From Patescibacteria group bacterium (GTDB taxonomy: Bacteria; Patescibacteriota; UBA1384; XYA2-FULL-43-10): a DNA stretch of 64,000 bases. The position numbers were made by a program, and so were the translations under genes. This document shows positions 10,116-19,767 of this stretch, in pieces. Location of the stretch: the NCBI GenBank assembly GCA_041674405.1, contig JBAYVT010000004.1:10599-74598 (forward strand), written 5' to 3'. The first letter of the stretch is position 1, and every line of letters starts with the position of its first letter. The notes under the pieces are model-generated. The model was not told the origin of the DNA, did no database searches, and was given only the letters and a program-made list of their open reading frames with translations.

Positions 10116-10280
10116 GTTTTATGACATTGTACCAGCAGAATAAATTTTAATCAAATATGATTCTAAATTCGGGATGTCAAAAAATAATAAATCCCAATAT
10201 ATGTCGTTAATGTTGACAATCAATTATGCTGCTGCTAATTTCTCGACGCGAACCAAGACTGAATCGGGAGGTTGACCAAC

Positions 10281-10766
10281 ATGTCCGACCGTAATCTTCT
10301 ATGTGCCCGAGAGATTCTTGAGAAGATCTATCTTTCACGGTATATCTTTCTCTCTGGTCTTTCAGGGTACGACACCGAAGCACAATCCGCCATTGGCACC
10401 TTCGTGGTGCCTACATCCGAGCAACTTCGCTACACAGCCGAACAACTCGGCTATGTCTCCGCCACCGAGCGCCACTCGTGCGTCAATCAGCTCGCATATT
10501 CACTCACTGCTCTGCTTGTCCGCGATCATGCCGGGCAATTCGCGTGTTACGATCTCGAGTCATTTCGAGACCTCTCCTCTGGCTTCCAGATGTGGAATAC
10601 CAAGGAGCACTTCGAGCACAAGAAAGTGCTTCCCCGAGACACGGAGTTCGAGATTAGCATGCACGTGACGCGATCTCGAATCAGCCCTCACGGGCTGAGC
10701 GTCGTCGAAGTGGAACTCAACAGGGGCGTCGATGGTTATGTCCATTTCGCCGTACAGGTAGATTAG
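10281..10766 (+). CDS. Hypothetical protein encoded in a GC-rich (about 57%) island
   Basis: The ORF is 10272..10766, but GGGAGG lies 6 nt before the ATG at 10281 (MSDRNLL...). A near-consensus promoter, TTGACA-17-TAATTT, sits at about 10208-10236. The coding GC is far above its flanks. No recognised domain. Confidence 0.5.
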   Translation: MSDRNLLCAREILEKIYLSRYIFLSGLSGYDTEAQSAIGTFVVPTSEQLRYTAEQLGYVSATERHSCVNQLAYSLTALLVRDHAGQFACYDLESFRDLSSGFQMWNTKEHFEHKKVLPRDTEFEISMHVTRSRISPHGLSVVEVELNRGVDGYVHFAVQVD

Positions 10767-10780
10767 GAGGTGAGATCAGA

Positions 10781-10812
10781 AAAACGAGCCTTTAGGGGCT
10801 CGTTTTTCATAT
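10781..10812. terminator. Bidirectional rho-independent terminator between convergent genes
   Basis: Near-perfect hairpin AAAAACGAGCC-TTTAGGG-GCTCGTTTTT, with an A-run on one side and a T-run on the other. Confidence 0.8.
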
Positions 10813-10832
10813 TTAGATCACATTATTTCAAT

Positions 10833-11444
10833 TTACTCAGCTTTGGTCTCTTCGTCTTCGGCTTCGTCAGCCTTTTCCTCTGTGGGTTCGGCAGCACGCT
10901 CGTCTGTGTTTGATCCGGCTTCGACTTCCTCGGCTTCACCATCAGCTTTTCCGCTTCTGGCTGCTAGGGCGCTTTCCGCCTTCTTTGCTAGCTCGGCGTC
11001 TTTCTCCGCTTTCTTCGCAGCATCGGCTTCGGCTTGTTTGGCTTTTTCCGCCTCAATTTTGGCTAGCTCTTCCTCGGCTTCTTTCTCTTCCCACATCTTG
11101 TACTCGCGGCTTTGTTCTTTCAGGCGGGCATTCTTGCCGGTAAGCTCGCGCATGAAGTAAAGCTTGGCACGACGAACCTTCGAGTGTTTGATTCGCTCTA
11201 TCTTGATGATTCTTGGCGAATGAAGCGGGAAAACTCGCTCAACACCGATACCAAAAGACTCCTTGCGGACTGTGAAGGTGCCATCAAGGCCTTTTCCGTG
11301 CTTCACTGCAATAACAAGGCCCTCAAAGATCTGGACACGCTCTTTGGCGCCTTCTTTGACCTTGAGGTGTACTCGAATCGTGTCACCAGAGACAATGTCC
11401 GGAACATTTTTTTTCATCAATTTTTTCTCGATTGTGGTTTGCAT
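10833..11444 (-). CDS. rplS: Ribosomal protein L19 with a roughly 100-aa Lys/Glu/Ala-rich C-terminal extension
   Basis: Core [32 protein letters not shown]...[24 protein letters not shown] matches L19. The start was taken at the internal Met (MQTTIEKK). The tail is a [13 protein letters not shown]-type low-complexity region. Confidence 0.85.
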   Translation of the reverse strand: MQTTIEKKLMKKNVPDIVSGDTIRVHLKVKEGAKERVQIFEGLVIAVKHGKGLDGTFTVRKESFGIGVERVFPLHSPRIIKIERIKHSKVRRAKLYFMRELTGKNARLKEQSREYKMWEEKEAEEELAKIEAEKAKQAEADAAKKAEKDAELAKKAESALAARSGKADGEAEEVEAGSNTDERAAEPTEEKADEAEDEETKAE

Positions 11445-11685
11445 TTTACAATTCCGATCTAATTCAGACTTCTGCACTCAAGATTTTGAATTCAGGAGTC
11501 CGCTCTCCTCCCGCCAGTGACGGGAGGAGAGCCGGAGAGGGCGACGAGCCCGGTGGACCTTCGTCCAAACGAGCAAGTCGTGATGCTCCACTCTACCCTG
11601 CAGGAGTCGAGTGGCTTGCTGCACGAGGACAGCGCGCTGACACTAGCCCCTCGTGCAACGAGATGGAGTCTCTCGTGCGAGCGTG

Positions 11686-12030
11686 TTACCTCACCGTCGC
11701 CGAAAACTGGCTCCTCGCTAGGGGCGAGGACTCGAAGTGATAGACGAGGGCCTGCGCCCATCCCGGATCTACGGGAACCCTCGGGCTTAGCAGGATCTCC
11801 GGGGTGCTGATGAGCCGAGGCCCATCTGCCGCGACAATGTGTACTCCTTCGCCAGGCATACGGTAGACAAGCAAGTTCCCGCCCTCGGACCAGGCATAGC
11901 CGCACAGCCCCCTGACGACACTCTGGAGGGTGTGCTGCCCGAGCTTGACCAGCTCACGGACGAGGTCTTCGTACCCCGAACGCATGAGCTGTATCCACTT
12001 TGCCCTACGATTCGAACTTCTCTTAGCCAT
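11686..12030 (-). CDS. Hypothetical protein in a GC-rich (about 60%) island
   Basis: GAGGAGG lies 8 nt upstream of the ATG (ttgaGGAGGaagcacgATG). The 114-aa protein is rich in Arg/Leu/Val and has no recognised motif. A 75-aa ORF at 12023..12250 (-) directly upstream may be a second island gene. Confidence 0.45.
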   Translation of the reverse strand: MAKRSSNRRAKWIQLMRSGYEDLVRELVKLGQHTLQSVVRGLCGYAWSEGGNLLVYRMPGEGVHIVAADGPRLISTPEILLSPRVPVDPGWAQALVYHFESSPLARSQFSATVR

Positions 12031-12316
12031 CGTGCTTCCTCCTCAATGCGGAATTGGCACTAGGCATCCTGCTGTCAGGTTTATTTGGCGCATGAAGTCC
12101 AGCGCCTCCTCTCGTGTGTGATTGACCCTCTAAAGGGCCTTGCTGCGTTTCTGAAACAACCCCACTCGCACAGAAAGTTCTGCAACCACCTCCCTTGAAC
12201 ACTATGAGATTTTCGGCAGGCAGGATTCCCCGATCTATGCCTACCGACAACCATTGCTAAATTGCTGTATTGTTAAATTGCTACCAAAACAATTTAACAG
12301 TTTAACAATGTAACAA

Positions 12317-12601
12317 TTATTTTTTATCTGCCTCTACAGACACAAAAGTTCTTTTGTCTTTATTGCTGTTGAAAGCAACTACTCTTTTCTCTTGAAATTT
12401 GACCATGCCGTCTTTCAGCGCATAAAGCGTATCGTCGCAGCCAATTCCGACATTTGCTCCGGCATGAAATTTGGAACCGCGCTGGCGGACGATTATGCCT
12501 CCGGCAAGGATTTTCTGGTCACCAAAAACTTTGACGCCAAGTCTTTGCGCTCGTGAATCCCGTCCCAGTCTTGTACTACCAGCAGCCTTCTTATGTGCCA
12601 T
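12317..12601 (-). CDS. rpmA: Ribosomal protein L27
   Basis: [29 protein letters not shown]...[17 protein letters not shown] matches L27. The start was taken at MAHKK. Confidence 0.9.
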   Translation of the reverse strand: MAHKKAAGSTRLGRDSRAQRLGVKVFGDQKILAGGIIVRQRGSKFHAGANVGIGCDDTLYALKDGMVKFQEKRVVAFNSNKDKRTFVSVEADKK

Positions 12602-12683
12602 ATCAATTCCTTCGGAATAATGACTAAATCCAAATGTCAAATTTCAAATTTGGGAATTAAACCATTTTGTTTGTCATTTGAAA

Positions 12684-13988
12684 TTAGGATTTAGGTGCTT
12701 GTAAAAAGAGAATTTCTCTTTTTACAACCTGATAATCCCGCCCGTAAACTAAAGGCGGACGAAGTAGAGTATAACCCATTTTTTCGATCTCGTCAACACT
12801 CGCAGCGAAAAGGCTGATCTGTCCGCCATCTGATGATTCGACGAGGGGAAAGACGAGGCAAACAGCTGACAGCTGACAGCTGCTAGCTCGCAGTAAACTA
12901 GCCAAGTTTTTAAGAAAACCCAGATATATTCCTTCTAGCTTCTTAAATTCGCCAAGAACAGCATTTTTCGAGGGCTTAAATTTTTTTGGTTCACCGAGAT
13001 ACGGCTCGGCGACGATGATTACATCGCGAGTCGAAAGTTCCAAGTCCAAAGTCGAAAGCGGGGCAAGAAAATCATGCTTGGTTGCGTCAGCTTGAAAGAT
13101 TGAAAATGTTTTGCCTGTCATTGCGAGCCCGGAGGGCGCGGCAATCTTTTTAATAGATTGCTTCGTCATTTCATTCCTCGCAATGACCCATTCTATGTTT
13201 AGTTTCGTATCCATCACAGCTTTTTCCGAAATATCCGAAGCAATAATATCGTGCCCAAGCATGAGAGCTTCTATGGGAATATTGCCCGATCCGCAGAATG
13301 GATCGACGACAATAGATTTATCATTTGATTCGCCAATACTTAGATTCACCATCATTCGAGCTAGCTTCGGCGGCAACATTCCGGAATATTTATCTCCGGC
13401 TGGCTTGCCATAATCACGCTTCGACCACTCGAACGGATTCGATATTGCAATCAATCGACCCAAATACTCGTCAAAGACACCTACTTCGACTCCCTTGCCA
13501 TCTAGCTTGTTGGTTTGTGAAACAATTGTTGAGAGCTCCTGCCCCTCCTTAATCGCTACGAATCGAGACTTAATTTGAGGCTTAAGGGCAGTCTTAACTT
13601 CAATTCCAAGCTTGTTGATATTCAAAGTTCGTTTTGAAAAATTTGAGATTCCAAAGTCAATTTTCGAACCATTTTCACTTTTTTCAGCGATCACCATATC
13701 AATGATCTCTTTTTTAAGATCAGGACTTGCCTTTTTGTACAGTTCAAATATCTTTGTCGTTCCGCCCAGGCTGCTTATCAAGCTGTCAGCTGTCATCTGC
13801 AAGCTACCAGCTTCTTCAAACTTGATGATAGCGATATTGTCGGATACACTTGAAATGCAAAAACCAAAACCAAAGCGTCCTAAAACCGCCTTTACTTCAA
13901 GGAGGGCTAGCTCGGATTCTCTACCGAGTACGAAGGCGAATGTATTTTTGTTGTGATCTGTGTCCATAAATTCATCTAAATCTATCAC
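12684..13988 (-). CDS. Putative RNA (guanine-N2/adenine-N6) methyltransferase of the UPF0020/RlmL-Trm11 type
   Basis: Motif I VVDPFCGSGNIPIEALMLG (DPxCGSG) and a downstream IIASDIS motif II-like region; 434 aa with a probable THUMP-like N-terminal region. Confidence 0.6.
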   Translation of the reverse strand: MIDLDEFMDTDHNKNTFAFVLGRESELALLEVKAVLGRFGFGFCISSVSDNIAIIKFEEAGSLQMTADSLISSLGGTTKIFELYKKASPDLKKEIIDMVIAEKSENGSKIDFGISNFSKRTLNINKLGIEVKTALKPQIKSRFVAIKEGQELSTIVSQTNKLDGKGVEVGVFDEYLGRLIAISNPFEWSKRDYGKPAGDKYSGMLPPKLARMMVNLSIGESNDKSIVVDPFCGSGNIPIEALMLGHDIIASDISEKAVMDTKLNIEWVIARNEMTKQSIKKIAAPSGLAMTGKTFSIFQADATKHDFLAPLSTLDLELSTRDVIIVAEPYLGEPKKFKPSKNAVLGEFKKLEGIYLGFLKNLASLLRASSCQLSAVCLVFPLVESSDGGQISLFAASVDEIEKMGYTLLRPPLVYGRDYQVVKREILFLQAPKS

Positions 13989-14006
13989 GAATAGGAAAAA
14001 AACTCA

Positions 14007-17000
14007 ATGAGCGAGGACAAACCAAAATTCGTACATCTGCATGTCCATAGCCACTATTCTATGCTCGATGGGATGGGTAAAATCCCCGATCTGGTGGCAA
14101 AAGCAAAAAACGACGGCCAACCTGCTATCGCCCTTACCGACCATGGTGTTATGCACGGCATAATCGAATTCTATGAAGAGTGCTTGAAGCAGGAAATCAA
14201 GCCAATATTGGGCGTTGAGGCCTATATGGCACCGCGTACGATGCATGACAAGCAGCCGCGAGTCGATTCTTCAGCCTATCACCTTATACTCTTGGCAAAA
14301 AATGAAACCGGATATAAAAATCTTTTGAAATTAACATCTATTGCTCATCTTGATGGATATTATTATAAGCCAAGAATTGACAAAAAAACGCTCAAAAAGC
14401 ATGCGGATGGTTTGATCGCTTGTAGCGCCTGTGTCCAAGGTGAAATTCCAAGAAAATCGCTTGAGAGCCTAAACGAAGGCCGCAAAGCCCTAAAAGAATA
14501 TTTGGAAATATTCCCTAAGGAAGATCTGTATCTCGAGGTTCAGAAACACCCGCACACTGTTCCCGAGCAAGACTCAGCAAATAAAAATATGTTCAAGCTT
14601 GCTCAGGAATTCGGGTTGAAAGTTATTGCAACAAATGACCCTCACTATGTAAATTCGGATGACAATATAGCCCATGATGCATTGATCTGCCTTCAAACAG
14701 GAAAAGTTTTGTCTGATGAAAACAGAATGTCCATGGCTGGAGATGATTATTCACTTCTAACCACCGAGCAGATGGCGGCGAATTTTCCCGACCATCCGGA
14801 AGTTCTTCAAAACACGCTTGAGATTGTCGAAAAATGCAATGTCGAGATCGAGCTTGGCAAATTTAAATTCCCCGAATTTCCACTCCCGGAGGGTGAAACC
14901 TATGAGACGTATCTGCGCAAGTTGATCGACGAACGCCTGCCCCGCATGGTAGGCGAAGTTACGAAAGAAATGACGGATCGTATCGACTATGAGTTTGATG
15001 TGATTAAGAAAAAAGGTTACTTAGGATATTTTTTGATTGTGCAGGATTTTTTCCACTTTGCAAAAGAAAACGGCATTCCGACCAATACCAGGGGTTCAGC
15101 CGCAGGTTGTTTCATCTCCTATGCTCTCGGAATCACTGCTAAGCAGCTGAACCCGATGGAATACAATCTGCCATTTGAACGATTTTTAAATCCGTATCGC
15201 CCATCTGCGCCCGATATCGACGCTGATATTGCCGATTCCGGCCGCGATTCGATCATTCAGTATGTGTCCAAAAAATATGGAAAAGATCACGTGGCACAGA
15301 TTATCACCTTCGGAACAATGGCAGCCAGAATGGCAGTCCGTGATGTCGGGCGGGTACTCGGCATGACATATTCAGAAGTCGATATTATTGCAAAATTAAT
15401 TCCTCCCCTCAAAACAACGCTTGAAAAAGCTCTTGATTCAGTCGAGGATTTGAAAGCACTATATAATTCTGATGCTAAGGTCAAGCAGTGTATCGATATT
15501 GCTCGCAAACTCGAGGGCGTCGTCCGCCATGCTTCCGTCCATGCTGCCGGTGTGGTTATCGCACCTGAGGCAATCACAAACTTTACTCCGATCATGATGG
15601 ACGCAAAGGGCGAACGGCTCATCACCCAATACGAAATGCACACTGTAGGAGAAGATGGCGTTGGCTTGATCAAGATGGATTTTCTTGGGCTTGCTAACCT
15701 TTCAATCATTCAAAATGCCCTCCGCATTATTCGAAAAACACGAAATACCGAGATCAATCTTGAGGAAATTCCGCTCGACGACAAAAAAACTTTTCAGCTT
15801 CTATCTCGCGGAGAAACCATTGGCGTTTTTCAGCTTGAATCCGAAGGCATGCGCAAGAATATCAAAGAGCTTCGTCCTTCGACAATCCATGACATCATGG
15901 CAATGGTGGCACTCTACCGCCCCGGGCCGATGGCTTTTATTCCAGAATACATAGCCCGCAAGCACAATCCGGCAAGAATAAGTTATCTTGATCCTAGAAT
16001 GAAACAATTCCTGGATAAATCACTTGGCCTGATCGTTTATCAGGATGATGTTCTTATGATTGCCCTCGAGCTTGCCGGCTACAACTGGGAGGAAGTCGAT
16101 AAATTTCGAAAAGCTATCGGTAAAAAAATTGCCAAAGATATGGCAGCCCAGAAAGATAAGTTCTATAAACAAATCATCGAACGCGGCATGGAGAAAAATA
16201 TCGTTGATGAGCTCTGGGCGCAGATTGAAACGTTTGCCGGTTACGGCTTTAATAAAGCGCATGCTGCAAGCTACGGCCTCGTCGCCTACCAGACAGCATA
16301 TTTGAAATCGAATTATCCGCCAGAATATATGTCAGCCTTAATGACCTCAAACCGAGATGATCTTGACAAATTAGCAATGGAGATCGAGGAATGTAAACGA
16401 ATGGGCATACAGGTTTTGCCTCCATCGGTAAACGAATCCTTCGTTGATTTTGGCGTTGTGAAAGACAGCGGCAATGTCCGTTTCGGCCTTTCCGCCATCA
16501 AGAATGTTGGTGCAGCAGTTGCAGAAGAAATAGTTGAAAATCGCAAGGAAGGTGGAAAATTCAAAGATATTGAGGATTTTTTGACGCGGTTGGGTCCCAA
16601 AGTAATTAATAAAAAATCACTGGAATCGCTTGTGATGGCGGGCGCACTAGACGATCTTGGAGAGCGGGCTCTCTTTCTCTACAACATGGAAAAAATGTTG
16701 GCTTTCGCATCGAATATTCAGAAGAATCAGAATTCTGGCCAAAATTCATTATTTACAAGCGAAGAAGTCAGTATCCCCTCTATTCAATTTGAGGAAACAA
16801 AGCCGGCAGAAAAAAAACAACGGCTGGCATGGGAGCGGGAACTTCTCGGCATGTACGTGTCTGAACATCCGCTTTCTGGCATTTCGCACATGATCGAACC
16901 CCACCGAACACTCAAGATTTCCGAAGTTACATCTGAACACGAAGGTGAATTTGTCCGAATTTCCGGCATTATTACAAACATCCATTCGATCCTCACCCGT

Positions 17001-17588
17001 GCTAATCAAAAAATGGTTTTTGCCAAAATCGAAGATCTCACCAGCAATGCTGAAGTAATCGCATTCCCGAAAATCTTAGCAGAAACAACTGACCTCTGGG
17101 TTGCCGATAAAATCGTGGCGGTAGACGGATATGTAAACTACAAAGACGGATCACCAAAAATCCTGTGTGAGCAGATACAGGAGATCCACGAACAAGCCGA
17201 CATCGATCCTTTCAAACCAAGAGGCAAAAAGAAAAATGGAGATTGGCGGAAAAAAGGAAATGGGAATGGTAATGGAAATAGCTATGCCTCTACCAACGGA
17301 TACTCCAATAACGGTTCAGTGCCCGCCCCCAAAAAACAAGCTGAAGAGTATATTATCAAGCGCAAATCGATAAAAATAACGCTACCCAAAGGCTCCGACC
17401 GCTCGATTTTGAAAGAAATAAAAGAAATATTGGAGTCCGACCCGGGTGAATCTGACGTGATCCTGAATGTACCGAATAATGGCAGCGGATACAAAGAGAT
17501 CAAAACAAAAACCAAGGTAGCGATAAATCCCGTCCTTAACAAAAAATTAAAAGAGATCGTCGGCAAGGAAAATATTGCCATCACCTAA
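14007..17588 (+). CDS. dnaE: DNA polymerase III alpha subunit
   Basis: PHP domain start KFVHLHVHSHYSMLDG, with polymerase core motifs throughout the 1193 aa. The C-terminus contains a GNGNGNGN low-complexity linker. Confidence 0.92.
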   Translation: MSEDKPKFVHLHVHSHYSMLDGMGKIPDLVAKAKNDGQPAIALTDHGVMHGIIEFYEECLKQEIKPILGVEAYMAPRTMHDKQPRVDSSAYHLILLAKNETGYKNLLKLTSIAHLDGYYYKPRIDKKTLKKHADGLIACSACVQGEIPRKSLESLNEGRKALKEYLEIFPKEDLYLEVQKHPHTVPEQDSANKNMFKLAQEFGLKVIATNDPHYVNSDDNIAHDALICLQTGKVLSDENRMSMAGDDYSLLTTEQMAANFPDHPEVLQNTLEIVEKCNVEIELGKFKFPEFPLPEGETYETYLRKLIDERLPRMVGEVTKEMTDRIDYEFDVIKKKGYLGYFLIVQDFFHFAKENGIPTNTRGSAAGCFISYALGITAKQLNPMEYNLPFERFLNPYRPSAPDIDADIADSGRDSIIQYVSKKYGKDHVAQIITFGTMAARMAVRDVGRVLGMTYSEVDIIAKLIPPLKTTLEKALDSVEDLKALYNSDAKVKQCIDIARKLEGVVRHASVHAAGVVIAPEAITNFTPIMMDAKGERLITQYEMHTVGEDGVGLIKMDFLGLANLSIIQNALRIIRKTRNTEINLEEIPLDDKKTFQLLSRGETIGVFQLESEGMRKNIKELRPSTIHDIMAMVALYRPGPMAFIPEYIARKHNPARISYLDPRMKQFLDKSLGLIVYQDDVLMIALELAGYNWEEVDKFRKAIGKKIAKDMAAQKDKFYKQIIERGMEKNIVDELWAQIETFAGYGFNKAHAASYGLVAYQTAYLKSNYPPEYMSALMTSNRDDLDKLAMEIEECKRMGIQVLPPSVNESFVDFGVVKDSGNVRFGLSAIKNVGAAVAEEIVENRKEGGKFKDIEDFLTRLGPKVINKKSLESLVMAGALDDLGERALFLYNMEKMLAFASNIQKNQNSGQNSLFTSEEVSIPSIQFEETKPAEKKQRLAWERELLGMYVSEHPLSGISHMIEPHRTLKISEVTSEHEGEFVRISGIITNIHSILTRANQKMVFAKIEDLTSNAEVIAFPKILAETTDLWVADKIVAVDGYVNYKDGSPKILCEQIQEIHEQADIDPFKPRGKKKNGDWRKKGNGNGNGNSYASTNGYSNNGSVPAPKKQAEEYIIKRKSIKITLPKGSDRSILKEIKEILESDPGESDVILNVPNNGSGYKEIKTKTKVAINPVLNKKLKEIVGKENIAIT

Positions 17589-18096
17589 TAAGTTGTTTTT
17601 CAATCCTTTTTGTCACTTCTTGCTGGATTTCGAATGGATCGGAGATGTTTTTGACAATAATTTCCGTACCAATTCCGGCTCCGGCTGTGCGTATTATCAA
17701 ATCACCAAAACCGAGTGACATGCGGATTGCCCCGGAAGTATCAGATGAAATGTCAACGATATTTCTAAGCTCGGTTTCGATAATTTTGCGGCCAAAAAAT
17801 CCTCTTTGCGCCAAATACATTACTCTTTGGTTTGTGAGAATGAGAACACTCGCGGCATATTCATAATACGGCCTTGCAAATACAGCAAAAGCAGAAAGCA
17901 CAAAAATTAACGTCGCTAGGGTAAAATATGTGCTCGCACCAGTAAAGAAGAAGACACCGACTGGAATAGCAAGCAGTATAACAGCCTTGATACCCGGCCA
18001 GAACAATACAAAAGGATGATTTTTGACCACTTCCTCGACCGTTTCATCTGCGCGCTGGCCTTTGAATGTGAACTCAAGAGACATGGGTCGTTTCAC
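17581..18096 (-). CDS. Membrane protein with a bacterial PH domain (bPH_2/DUF304, YdbS-like)
   Basis: Two TM helices followed by an ILTNQRVMYL...IRTAG pattern typical of bPH_2 proteins. Confidence 0.6.
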   Translation of the reverse strand: MKRPMSLEFTFKGQRADETVEEVVKNHPFVLFWPGIKAVILLAIPVGVFFFTGASTYFTLATLIFVLSAFAVFARPYYEYAASVLILTNQRVMYLAQRGFFGRKIIETELRNIVDISSDTSGAIRMSLGFGDLIIRTAGAGIGTEIIVKNISDPFEIQQEVTKRIEKQLIR

Positions 18097-18145
18097 TCCG
18101 ATTTCTAAATTTAACTTTTAAAATTTGGTTTTTAGTCATTAGATA

Positions 18146-19243
18146 TTAAGATTCTGTCATTTGCTTCGCTCTCATGCGAAGCAAAACGATTATCCCTATT
18201 AACAATAATATCAAAATTATTGAAGCAATGATTTTGTTCATGGTTGTCGAACGCAGAGCGACCCAGGCAAAAGCAATCGCAATAACGTAAAGCGACAGGA
18301 CAGCCTCGCGAACAGAAAAGCCAGCGGCCAAAAATCTATGATGAAGATGCGTTTTATCCGGAGTCGTAAAAGGGTTTTTGCCACGTAAAATTCTTCCGCC
18401 GGCCACAAAGAGGCCATCTACTATCGGAAAACCCAATACAAGGAACGCTGTAGCCAATTTACCGCCAGAAATAAGTGGAAGCACTCCCAGTATATAACCC
18501 AAAAACATACTTCCTGCATCCCCCATAAATATTTTTGCCGGCGGAAAATTCCAAAACAGGAACCCTGCAGTTGACCCTGCCAATATTATTGCAATTAGCG
18601 CAGTCGATGGCTGATTTACAGCCAGCGAGATTGAAAGAAGAAAAATGGTAAAGGCGGCAATAGTTGAAATTCCGGAAGCCAATCCGTCGATTCCGTCCAC
18701 GAAATTGATTACGTTCATCATTCCGACAAGCCAGACCAATGTTAGAAGATCGGACCAGAGAGAAAAATGTACCATCGTTCCAGAAACGGAGAAAAGGGGA
18801 ACATAAATCGAATTCAAATTAATTTCACCACCAAACGGATTGGTTAAAGTATCAATTCCGATTCCGCCAGATATCGCAACAATTGCTGCTAAAATTTGAA
18901 AGATTGATTTCTGCCATGCTTTTAGCCCGAAAAGATCATCAAAAAACATCGATATTACAACAAGCGTACTGCCCAATATAATTCCAATAAATTTCGAGTC
19001 CAAACCAAAAACTGCCGAACCGGCAAAGCCAAAGTTGGTTTTAAATACCAGAAGAAAAATGGTCAATGTGATCAAAAATGACAAGAAAATCGCAATTCCC
19101 CCGATCCTGGGAATTGGTTTTTTGTGCACATCGCGTTCCCTAATTTCGGCAAATATTTTTTTGCGGAAACCTAGGGATCTCACAATTCCAGTCGCAAAAA
19201 TCGATAGAACCAGGCTGATAAAAAATCCAAGAAAATAAGTCAT
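18146..19243 (-). CDS. mraY: Phospho-N-acetylmuramoyl-pentapeptide transferase MraY (or a close WecA-family polyprenyl-phosphate HexNAc-1-P transferase)
   Basis: Has the DDLFGL, NVINFVDGIDGLASG and MGDAGSMFLG motifs and a His-rich loop (THLHHRF), in a 365-aa polytopic membrane protein. Confidence 0.7.
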   Translation of the reverse strand: MTYFLGFFISLVLSIFATGIVRSLGFRKKIFAEIRERDVHKKPIPRIGGIAIFLSFLITLTIFLLVFKTNFGFAGSAVFGLDSKFIGIILGSTLVVISMFFDDLFGLKAWQKSIFQILAAIVAISGGIGIDTLTNPFGGEINLNSIYVPLFSVSGTMVHFSLWSDLLTLVWLVGMMNVINFVDGIDGLASGISTIAAFTIFLLSISLAVNQPSTALIAIILAGSTAGFLFWNFPPAKIFMGDAGSMFLGYILGVLPLISGGKLATAFLVLGFPIVDGLFVAGGRILRGKNPFTTPDKTHLHHRFLAAGFSVREAVLSLYVIAIAFAWVALRSTTMNKIIASIILILLLIGIIVLLRMRAKQMTES

Positions 19244-19290
19244 ATTTTGAAATTACCCCACAGAAATGTTACACAGAATGACACAGAAAC
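19244..19290. repeat. Array of three CACAGAA heptamers, forming the downstream flank of the GxxExxY gene
   Basis: ccCCACAGAAatgttaCACAGAAtgaCACAGAAac. Confidence 0.7.
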
Positions 19291-19683
19291 TTATTTTATT
19301 AAACGCTTAACCTTGGCGCCATTCTTGGTAAAAACTATTAATAATCCGACTTGAATTTTTTCCGACGACAAATAGCTAAGGAGTTGTCTAACGTCAGTTT
19401 CATAAATTTCATTTCTGACTTTAAGCTCAACAGCTATTTTCCCTGCCACAAGGAAATCTAAATAATATTTACCGACTTTTTTACCGTTGAATGTAACAAA
19501 TCCGTATTTCTCACGCTGAAATTCAAGTTGTTTTTTTGCAAGTGACTCTGATAACGCATTCTGATAGGTTTTTTCAGACAGCCCATATCCTAGCGCCTTA
19601 TACACCTCGAAAGCACATCCAATAATATTTCTGGTCAGTTCTATCTCAGGATATTCGTCATTATCAAATCGATTTATATTCAT
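19291..19683 (-). CDS. GxxExxY family protein (PD-(D/E)XK-like)
   Basis: The N-terminal TRNIIGCAFEVYKALGYGLSEKTYQNAL pattern is the defining GxxExxY motif. Confidence 0.8.
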   Translation of the reverse strand: MNINRFDNDEYPEIELTRNIIGCAFEVYKALGYGLSEKTYQNALSESLAKKQLEFQREKYGFVTFNGKKVGKYYLDFLVAGKIAVELKVRNEIYETDVRQLLSYLSSEKIQVGLLIVFTKNGAKVKRLIK

Positions 19684-19767
19684 TTCCCCCTTCTGTGTTT
19701 TTCTGTGGACCGTTTTTCTGTGACCGTCCCTTCCGTGTTCTTCTGTGGGTTGTGCTTCTGTGACCGT
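19684..19767. repeat. Array of five TTCTGTG heptamers plus one TTCCGTG (the reverse complement of CACAGAA), forming the upstream flank of the GxxExxY gene
   Basis: tTTCTGTGtttTTCTGTGgaccgtttTTCTGTGaccgtcccTTCCGTGttcTTCTGTGggttgtgcTTCTGTGaccg. Confidence 0.7.

Noticed and set aside
11492-11905. 137-aa minus-strand ORF overlapping 11686..12030 in another frame
   Set aside because: It is an alternative-frame artefact of GC-rich sequence with no ribosome-binding site. The overlapping ORF with the Shine-Dalgarno is preferred.
11480-12316. Possible structured ncRNA (RNase P RNA, tmRNA or SRP RNA) in the GC-rich block between rplS and rpmA
   Set aside because: The block shows no P4-type GGAAAGUCCGG, tmRNA tag-peptide/tRNA-like end or SRP domain IV consensus. 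Instead there is a strong GAGGAGG Shine-Dalgarno and an ATG with a 114-codon ORF, so protein-coding is more likely.
19244-19767. CRISPR array hypothesis for the heptamer repeats
   Set aside because: The repeats are only 7 nt, irregularly spaced, in inverted orientation on the two sides of a gene, and there are no cas genes. They are not a CRISPR array.
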